From a virus (lineage: Duplodnaviria > Caudoviricetes): a stretch of DNA of 24,953 nucleotides. Of the stretch, positions 18,324-24,663 are shown one piece after another. The notes under the pieces were generated by a model that worked only from the letters and a program-made list of their open reading frames with translations, had not been told where the DNA came from and did no database searches. Each line of letters starts with the position of its first letter. Position 1 is the stretch's first letter. The stretch is from positions 1-24,953 of the IMG/VR virus record IMGVR_UViG_3300025015_000106; one strand, 5' to 3'. Made by a program: the position numbers and the translations under genes.

Positions 18324-18447
18324 AATATCTCCTTAAATTCTTTTTTCTTATTTTTTCTTTATTTCGTTCATAATACTCACGTGACCATCGGATTTGTGCT
18401 TCTTTCCGTTCTTGTTCAGTGTTGTATTTACTCTTCCTTCCTGCCAT
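18301..18447 (-). CDS. Small basic helical protein (48 aa), leader ORF of cassette C
   Basis: MAGRKSKYNTEQERKEAQIRWSREYYERNKEKIRKKNLRRYYEKKRTD; ATG just after TATACTTAT; overlaps the nuclease start by 23 nt. Confidence 0.68.
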   Translation of the reverse strand: MAGRKSKYNTEQERKEAQIRWSREYYERNKEKIRKKNLRRYYEKKRTD

Positions 18448-18449
18448 AT

Positions 18450-18483
18450 ATAAGTATAATGAAACTAATAAAAAACTAATAAA
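18450..18483 (-). promoter_or_regulatory. Putative promoter motif TATACTTAT plus an 11-bp tandem repeat
   Basis: Motif at 18450-18458; AAACTAATAAA twice on the + strand (18462-18472 and 18473-18483). Confidence 0.45.
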
Positions 18484-18574
18484 ATATAAAGAATTTATCA
18501 ACAAATACCTTCCCAGCCGATCGAGTTGCCAATGCAGAAATTATTAAAAAGAGTGGCTTACTTTGATTTTTCAT
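18476..18574 (-). pseudogene. 32-codon 5' stump of a GT4 gene (not in the ORF track)
   Basis: MKNQSKPLFLIISALATRSAGKVFVDKFFIFY* aligns with MKKLIAVLQGPVATRSGYG of 15967..17301 up to ATRS; starts 3 nt after the upstream stop. The homology is short. Confidence 0.62.
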
Positions 18575-18577
18575 AAA

Positions 18578-18769
18578 TTATTTTGTTGAAATTTTATTTG
18601 AATGTTCATGAAGAGGGTCTATTAATGGGTCAGGTCCATGATAAATTCCAATTGGTCTTGAATTTAAAATATTATTGCAATTGATAAGCATTTCCACTAT
18701 CTTTCTTTTTGGAAGCTTCATATACATTTTAACTTTCTGTTTGTGGGTCTGTTCTATGATTTGTACCAT
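18578..18769 (-). CDS. Hypothetical protein (63 aa)
   Basis: Fills the gap with 1-3 nt spacers. Confidence 0.6.
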   Translation of the reverse strand: MVQIIEQTHKQKVKMYMKLPKRKIVEMLINCNNILNSRPIGIYHGPDPLIDPLHEHSNKISTK

Positions 18770-18770
18770 A

Positions 18771-19172
18771 TTAATAGTTTAATACGCAATATACTGGTTT
18801 AACAATCATTTTTGGTGTTTGTATGCTTTCATCACTATAATCTAAATTACCAAAATCAATACTTACCTCCTGTCCGACATGAATTTTCCAATCTTCAATA
18901 ACGGTACCACATGGGTCAAGTGACTGAATACTAAAACTAAAAAGAATTTTTTGTTCCTTTTTATCTTTAATAGATTCAAGTAATGCAAATAAACATTGTG
19001 AAGTTGACGGTGCAATTGGGTCGACAAATACCAATTGAATTGGTTCCCATTTACCGTTTGTAAATTTTGGCTTATTTACTTTGATAAAAGCATATTCTGG
19101 AAAATTAAATTCTATAGGAAATTTAACCAAGTATCTATGATTATATTTCGGTTCAAATTGTGTAAATTTCAT
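18771..19172 (-). CDS. T4 gp19-like tail tube protein paralog (short, 133 aa)
   Basis: FEPKYNHRY, WEPIQLVFVDPIAPSTSQ, LDPCGTVIEDW, FGNLDYS, YCVLNY. Start 19172 is 1 nt after the GT stop. Confidence 0.72.
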   Translation of the reverse strand: MKFTQFEPKYNHRYLVKFPIEFNFPEYAFIKVNKPKFTNGKWEPIQLVFVDPIAPSTSQCLFALLESIKDKKEQKILFSFSIQSLDPCGTVIEDWKIHVGQEVSIDFGNLDYSDESIQTPKMIVKPVYCVLNY

Positions 19173-19173
19173 C

Positions 19174-20705
19174 TTATTCAATTTTTTTAAGTTTGGGTAA
19201 TGTAAGGGGCACTGCCACTGGTTTTGGTTTTTTAATTGAAGCGTCAACTAATTTAACATTTTTAAATTTGTCTTTGTAATTGACCGGTATTAATGAAAAT
19301 GGTTTTCTTGGTTTCCATTTTTCAAAAAGTGTATCAATTGCATCAATGTAATTTTTACCGAGATCTTTTTCATTCATCATTACATTACTATCCAATAAAT
19401 AATTACGACCTTCCATTCCACATTTTTTGCGCTGCTCACTCGTCATATTATAAAAATGATGTAATGCAGGGGCAACATCTTCATAGTTGACGGTATCGTC
19501 GAAAATATATGGAGTTGGAATTGAGCCCTTCAATGAACGACTTGCCGGCCATATCGGATATACCCAGCTACCATATTTGTTCCATACTCCGTCGGCAAAA
19601 TGAGTATTATGCAGCGAACCTATTTTAATATAATCGTCGGCGGTAAGATACTTGCCATTTTTACTGAATCCACATTGATCTTGAAGTCCGCCGGTTACAT
19701 TTACTATGATCGGAGTGCCATTCATCAACGATTCACACGTGGTCAATCCAAACCCTTCATTACTTGCAATGTTGATAGTAACATCGGCAACATTATATAA
19801 GTAACGCAATTCTTTTGTTGTTAATTGTCGATCGGAAATATACACTGAATAATCGGGGCATACTGCATTACAAACTGCAACGAGGTCAGTACCATTGGAA
19901 TCTGCGGCTTGTGTATGTAAGTATAGCAAACATCGCTTTGATTGTTCCGGCGAAAGTTCATCACAAAATTTCTTATAACCAAGTACAATGTCCGGTATAT
20001 TTTTTCTTCGGATATTTCGATTATTTAGAAGGACAACAAAATTAAATTTATCACCAACTAAATTCTTTTTAAATTCATTATATTCCGATTTGTCATCATC
20101 TGTGCCGATTAGTGGATAGTTGTATTTGGTGTTAATTCCATGTGGTACATACTTAACCTGCCAGGGTTCATAATCAGGAAGCATGCGTTTATTAATACCA
20201 TATGTTTGTTTTGATATTGCCATTAATAGATCACATGAGCGATAGAATGGTTCGTTCCATTTTGGATCTGGTGGGCAGTCCCATATATTCAAATATGCAA
20301 TCGGGCAAAATTGTCTAATTTCATGTTCTATAGAATACAGCCACCCGAAAAATCTTGGGTCGGTAAAATGTAGTATTAAATCAGGATGTTCTCTATTTAT
20401 CAATTCGCGAAGTAAATCTGGATTACCATATCCGTCTGAAGGATATAGTTTTACATCGGCATTGGTAATACCAAGTTCCTTGTTTATGTCTTGTGAGAGA
20501 TCAAAGATTTTTCCCCTTTCCGGATGCTTAATGGCCGCGGCCACTTGGCACCACTTGTAATGATGTGCAGTCGCTAAAATCATTTCTTTTGATTGAGTTG
20601 CTATGCCAGATGAAACTCTTTTTATCGACAGTCATCGCTGATTAGCAGGATTTTTTTCCGCCAATCTTGATGACTGTCATTTGTATTAGATGAATTTGAA
20701 TTCAT
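19174..20705 (-). CDS. GT4-like glycosyltransferase with an 8-nt stop-containing interruption near the 5' end (main ORF 19174..20583; 5' piece 20622..20705)
   Basis: HFTDPR, LNIWD, VPHGI, NRNIRRK, ASNEGFGLTTCES. The 5' piece MNSNSS...RKKILLISDDCR* continues as RVSSGIATQSKEMILA in the main frame. Confidence 0.85.
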
Positions 20706-20743
20706 TGTTTAATTTATTATTGATTTGTAACTTATTCTCTTAA

Positions 20744-20902
20744 TTACTTCTCCCATACCAAACTCCCACTTAATTCAGAATGTATAAACTTCTTAATTCG
20801 ACCACTAATCATGTATCCATGCGTTTCACAGAAATTCTTATACTTCTGCAATAGAGTTTTATTGATTTGGATTGAAGTAGTTTTACTTTCTTTTGGTTTC
20901 AT
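20744..20902 (-). CDS. Small RHH-like protein (52 aa; not in the ORF track)
   Basis: Hand translation MKPKESKTTSIQINKTLLQKYKNFCETHGYMISGRIKKFIHSELSGSLVWEK; preceded by TATACTTAT (20929-20937) and the imperfect repeat GTATAGAATA/CTATAGTATA. Confidence 0.7.
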   Translation of the reverse strand: MKPKESKTTSIQINKTLLQKYKNFCETHGYMISGRIKKFIHSELSGSLVWEK

Positions 20903-20987
20903 ATTATACTATAGTATTCTATACATTAATAAGTATAAGCAAATTAAGAAAACACTATGAAAAAGTGAAAATATTTTTCAACAATAA

Positions 20988-21431
20988 TCATTCCAATATA
21001 ACCACAGGCTTTCCTAACTTTTTAAATCTTTTTATTATATGTTCGTTTGCCTTGGAGTCTGTTGCATCCTTGCTTATCAAGACTATTCCACAATCTGAAT
21101 ATCGTGCGATTAAATCATTACGGTGAAACATTTGGGTTGGATGAAATATCTTTCCATAATACGCCTCGGGCATTGCAGAATATAAATTATAGTTTTCAAA
21201 CGCCGGCCCATATTCTTTATACTTACAACCAAACTCAATTGCATACTTCTTAACAAGTTTTTCTGCTCCGTTCTTTTGACCGCCTGATATAATGGTTAGT
21301 TCCGAGCCAAATTTTTGTTTAAGGTTCCAAACTAAATCTTTGATTTTTTGTTTATTTTGCCATTCTCTGGAGCCGACAAGGGCAATGTTGGGCATATTTT
21401 TTAATTTCGTATTCTGTTCTTCTTTGGACAT
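20988..21431 (-). CDS. SLOG-superfamily (DUF2493/YspA-like) protein
   Basis: IALVGSREW, IISGGQKNGAEKL, RNDLIARYSD, KKLGKPVVIL. Confidence 0.78.
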   Translation of the reverse strand: MSKEEQNTKLKNMPNIALVGSREWQNKQKIKDLVWNLKQKFGSELTIISGGQKNGAEKLVKKYAIEFGCKYKEYGPAFENYNLYSAMPEAYYGKIFHPTQMFHRNDLIARYSDCGIVLISKDATDSKANEHIIKRFKKLGKPVVILE

Positions 21432-22360
21432 TTGTCTTCTTTGTGTAAAAATATACAATACTTACAATTCTTCGAACCTTTTCCTGACCGTGCTTCATAT
21501 TGCTTTTGCATATTATAAGTGCCATCTGGATTGAAGCATTCTTTAATAAATGTGTCGACTTGTTCAGATACTCTTTTTACCGTGACGCGACCACTTGCCG
21601 GTTTAAGTTGAGTGACCCGTTTGACGGGGTATGCACTTTCTTCTGGTACTTTCCGTTTTACAATAAAGTATTCGACTTCGACATCATTAATATCTACGCC
21701 AATTTGTTCGGCAAAATATTTTTTATAAATGATAAGTTGTGATATTTTAGTTTTATCTTTCTTTTGATATTTGTTCCATCCTGCTGTCGATGTTTTTATA
21801 TCGATAATAATGTATTTGTTTTGTATTATGTCTCGCAAAATAACATCGACAAACCCATTCATATGAACGAAATTATTTACAGAGGATGCCTGTCTGTAAA
21901 TTGGCATTTCAATTGCAATTAATTCAGTTTCCTTTGTATTGAAATAAGTTGTGCGTCTTCGTCGAATGAAATCTAAAATGGCAATTCCGTCACGAAGATG
22001 TTCGGTCATTTGTTCTTGGTCGGTAAATATTTCTCCGCCATTGGCTTCCATGATTTTATTATATTCACTTGCCATATTACTTTTAAGCATACCGGTTAAA
22101 TCCATCCTGTCTGCATCGCCCGGGGATTTTTCGTATAAACAATGAAGGTAATCTTGTAATGTTTCGTGCATTGCAGTTCCGAACAATAACGATATATTAG
22201 GAGATACTTCTTTTATTTTATCAATATATTTAAGCTTCCAATTCAACGGACAACTCATATATAAAGAAAATTGTGAGTACGAGATTGTTTTGTGATGTGG
22301 TTGGGGCTCCTGCACTGTAAATTTTAGTGCTCCCTTTATAAACGATTTATTTTTTTTCAT
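21401..22360 (-). CDS. PD-(D/E)XK nuclease (RecB/AddB/Cas4-like, probable four-Cys metal cluster)
   Basis: ISYSQF...CP, FGTAMHE, GFVDVI, IIDIKT, QLIIY, CKYC...CP. Confidence 0.9.
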   Translation of the reverse strand: MKKNKSFIKGALKFTVQEPQPHHKTISYSQFSLYMSCPLNWKLKYIDKIKEVSPNISLLFGTAMHETLQDYLHCLYEKSPGDADRMDLTGMLKSNMASEYNKIMEANGGEIFTDQEQMTEHLRDGIAILDFIRRRRTTYFNTKETELIAIEMPIYRQASSVNNFVHMNGFVDVILRDIIQNKYIIIDIKTSTAGWNKYQKKDKTKISQLIIYKKYFAEQIGVDINDVEVEYFIVKRKVPEESAYPVKRVTQLKPASGRVTVKRVSEQVDTFIKECFNPDGTYNMQKQYEARSGKGSKNCKYCIFLHKEDKCPKKNRIRN

Positions 22361-22366
22361 GACACT

Positions 22367-23113
22367 CTAAACATACAAAAATATAATTGAATTAACAACT
22401 CGTTTTATTTCTGTAGAATTTTGTCTACATGATGCCTTTATTCGAAACCTAGATATGTTAAAATATTTACATGCTTCTGCCATAGAAATAAACTCTAATA
22501 CTATCATACTGTCAGGTAATATTGCTGCTACTCGTTTTCCTCTGCCATTATTAGACATTTTACCATTCTTTCTTCGAGTTTCTATACGTTTAGATATTGT
22601 AACAATAGAATTCTTTTTTCCGAAATTATGATGTTGTTTACCCTTGCGACCATAGAGCCTAGATTTTTCTTCTTTAGACATAGTAGAATATCGTTCATTG
22701 GCCATAACTCTGTTTAATTCTGACGGTCTTCCGAAAATTGTAGATCGTTCAATTGTAGTTAAACTTTCGTAAAATTTCTGCCGAGTTTTCTTTGCCTTTA
22801 CCACTATGTCTATTATATTTGGATGATTTGATAGAGTATCGCCACCGTCTCCACCTGAAGCAATATTGTAACCAATAATTGGATTTTGTGAATTTAACTC
22901 ATAAATCCAAAATTTTTCTCTGATATCCAATTCTTGTACAGAATTACATTCTTCGATAATTTCCTTAACAAAATTTTCTTTACCATATTTTTTAATAGCA
23001 TGAGTTAAATGAGTTCCTGACCCTAAATATTTAACAAGTCTATTACCTGTTCGTGTTGTTTGCCCAATATAAATTTTACCATTTATTTTGTTTGTAGTTT
23101 TGTAAATAACCAT
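22367..23113 (-). CDS. GIY-YIG homing endonuclease with NUMOD3-like and NUMOD1-like modules
   Basis: VIYKTTNKINGKIYIGQT, YLGSG, REKFWI, GYNIASGGDGGDT, GKQHHNFGKK, EFISMAEAC. AGGAG lies 5 nt before the ATG at 23113. Confidence 0.92.
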   Translation of the reverse strand: MVIYKTTNKINGKIYIGQTTRTGNRLVKYLGSGTHLTHAIKKYGKENFVKEIIEECNSVQELDIREKFWIYELNSQNPIIGYNIASGGDGGDTLSNHPNIIDIVVKAKKTRQKFYESLTTIERSTIFGRPSELNRVMANERYSTMSKEEKSRLYGRKGKQHHNFGKKNSIVTISKRIETRRKNGKMSNNGRGKRVAAILPDSMIVLEFISMAEACKYFNISRFRIKASCRQNSTEIKRVVNSIIFLYV

Positions 23114-23129
23114 GGTGGCTCCTAATTGA

Positions 23130-23248
23130 AACAGAGCAAGGGCGTGGAACCAACACACTACCATTGGAGGTAATTATATTGCACCCTTGCCTGTTATTTG
23201 ATAAAAGATAATTCATTATGTAGTGTTTAAGTTCCACTAATAATTATA
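23130..23248 (-). promoter_or_regulatory. GC-enriched structured 5' leader with two overlapping inverted-repeat pairs
   Basis: 23182-23195 pairs with 23130-23144 (14 bp, one G-U, one bulge); 23220-23237 pairs imperfectly with 23144-23161; TATAATTAT motif at 23240-23248. Confidence 0.6.
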
Positions 23249-23272
23249 TAGAACTCAAAAAATAATGATGTT

Positions 23273-23464
23273 TTAATGAAAAATATTCCCAAAAAGGAGC
23301 GCGATACTCGGAGTATCTTCCTTAATCTTATCTATGTATTTTAATTTCCAACTAAGTGGGCAAGTTTGAAATAAGGAAAATTGAGAATAAGAAATGGTCT
23401 TATGCTCAGGTTTCTTTTCACTGATTGTAAATTGTAATGCTCCTTTTACAAATCCAGATTTCAT
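23273..23464 (-). pseudogene. 63-codon 5' stump of the PD-(D/E)XK nuclease gene
   Basis: 40/55 aa identical by hand alignment to the N-terminus of 21401..22360; ends LLFGNIFH* versus LLFGTAMHE; ATGA-coupled to the upstream gene. Confidence 0.92.
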
Positions 23465-23784
23465 TTAACGTATTTATCAGTGACAAGCATATTATAAAGT
23501 CCTTTGACATCTTTACAAATTTCTTTTTTATTTTGATCATATGCTTTGAGGTATTTTTTTACCTCAAATACTTCTTCACCAAAAGCATATCCGCGTTCAT
23601 ATAAAAACCAATTCACCCACTCGGCGCCTTCTGGTGTTAGAATATGTACCCATAGTTTTTCATTTACCGATTCTAAACTAAATATAATTTGGTCGATATC
23701 AATACCTATATTGTGCAATTCCATTACTTTACAATGAAAGTCCTTGGTTTTTTCGAGTAGGTCTTTAAATTCTTGGTAAGTCAT
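23461..23784 (-). CDS. Hypothetical phage protein
   Basis: 107-aa ORF overlapping both neighbours. Confidence 0.72.
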   Translation of the reverse strand: MTYQEFKDLLEKTKDFHCKVMELHNIGIDIDQIIFSLESVNEKLWVHILTPEGAEWVNWFLYERGYAFGEEVFEVKKYLKAYDQNKKEICKDVKGLYNMLVTDKYVK

Positions 23785-24007
23785 AAATATCAGTATCTAG
23801 GTTGGTTTGGTATTTTACATCATTTTGTCCGTACGGTAATGCTGCTGGAGTTTTTTTAAATTCAAATATACATTGCAATTCTTCGAATGGCATATCACTG
23901 ATTATTTTTAATGCTCCGTCTCGCCATATTGTTTCGTCGGTTATTATTCCGTCGGTTAGTACATCTCCGGTGACAATTCTTACATCACAAAATTTCATTT
24001 TCCCCAC
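23765..24007 (-). CDS. Hypothetical protein
   Basis: 80-aa ORF that fills the gap; start uncertain. Confidence 0.55.
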   Translation of the reverse strand: MGKMKFCDVRIVTGDVLTDGIITDETIWRDGALKIISDMPFEELQCIFEFKKTPAALPYGQNDVKYQTNLDTDIYDLPRI

Positions 24008-24663
24008 ACTTTTCGTTTGACGATCTGTGCTATAATGCTATAAATTGATAGGTCGACATAAGTGTCATTTATTGTTTCGTCTTTTAATGTATTCTCTTTA
24101 TTTAAAAGAACCAATTGTTTTATCCGCGCGACTTTATCAGCCATTCTAAACCAAATGCCCGTCAAACTTATTCTTACATCTTCGTTTTTTTGTAAGTCAG
24201 AACCAAGTGATATATTTGATGCCCCGTATGATAACATTTTTTTGCACCATAGTTCATATTGTGCGTTCATGATATCTTTAAACATTTGTGTGGTTTGTGG
24301 ATATTCATGTTCGGCAGTATCAATTGCTAATGACACTGGTTTGGTAGGTGTGTCGTTTGGATGTTTAAGGGTTGGGCTGTCTTGTATTAATTCTTTTTTC
24401 ATTTCTTGCAAGTCTTTATTAAGTTTATTTTTAGTTATACAACCAGTTGGACCGAGTCGGTCGAATTTTTCTTCCATTGGAAGTTGCATGCCCAGTTGTT
24501 TAAGTATTTCATTCCAATCAGTTGGCGGTGGTCCATATACTACATTCATAGGGTCTTGATGTGGGATTGGTCCACATACTATTTTAGCCGGGTCTGTTTC
24601 CATTTTTGTTTGTGAGTATTTTTTACCATACCCAAATTGTCCTGGACCGATCAGTTCATTCAT
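23995..24663 (-). CDS. DUF1599 / nucleotide modification associated domain 1 (Nmad1)-like protein with a Pro-rich N-terminal extension
   Basis: KKMLSYGASNI...FRMADKVARIKQL...ETINDTYVDLSIYSIIAQIV. Confidence 0.78.
   Translation of the reverse strand: MNELIGPGQFGYGKKYSQTKMETDPAKIVCGPIPHQDPMNVVYGPPPTDWNEILKQLGMQLPMEEKFDRLGPTGCITKNKLNKDLQEMKKELIQDSPTLKHPNDTPTKPVSLAIDTAEHEYPQTTQMFKDIMNAQYELWCKKMLSYGASNISLGSDLQKNEDVRISLTGIWFRMADKVARIKQLVLLNKENTLKDETINDTYVDLSIYSIIAQIVKRKVWGK

Larger units (their letters stand above)
17254..18517 (-). mobile_element. Cassette C: small basic ORF + Zn-finger/DUF559-like endonuclease + replacement 5' end of the GT4 gene
   Basis: Lies between ATRS in the stump (ends at 18518) and ATRS in the intact gene (ends at 17254). 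Boundaries are approximate. Confidence 0.62.
22178..23287 (-). mobile_element. Cassette D: structured leader + GIY-YIG endonuclease + replacement 5' end of the PD-(D/E)XK gene
   Basis: Lies between LLFG in the stump (ends at 23288) and LLFG in the intact gene (ends at 22178). Confidence 0.8.

Noticed and set aside
21401-22360. Cas4 as part of a CRISPR-Cas locus
   Set aside because: No CRISPR array or other cas genes seen; solo PD-(D/E)XK nucleases are common in phages.
1902-23275. Stop-codon reassignment as the cause of the short or split ORFs
   Set aside because: The relevant stops include TAA (14192, 20622, 23273), and TAG and TGA both end normal genes with tight coupling, consistent with the standard code.
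22178-23464. Duplicated segments as DGR template/variable repeats
   Set aside because: Differences are not adenine-specific, the copies are at gene 5' ends, and no reverse transcriptase is present.
912-24615. All plus-strand ORFs in the track
   Set aside because: They are short, almost entirely antisense to well-supported minus-strand genes, and show no recognisable motifs.
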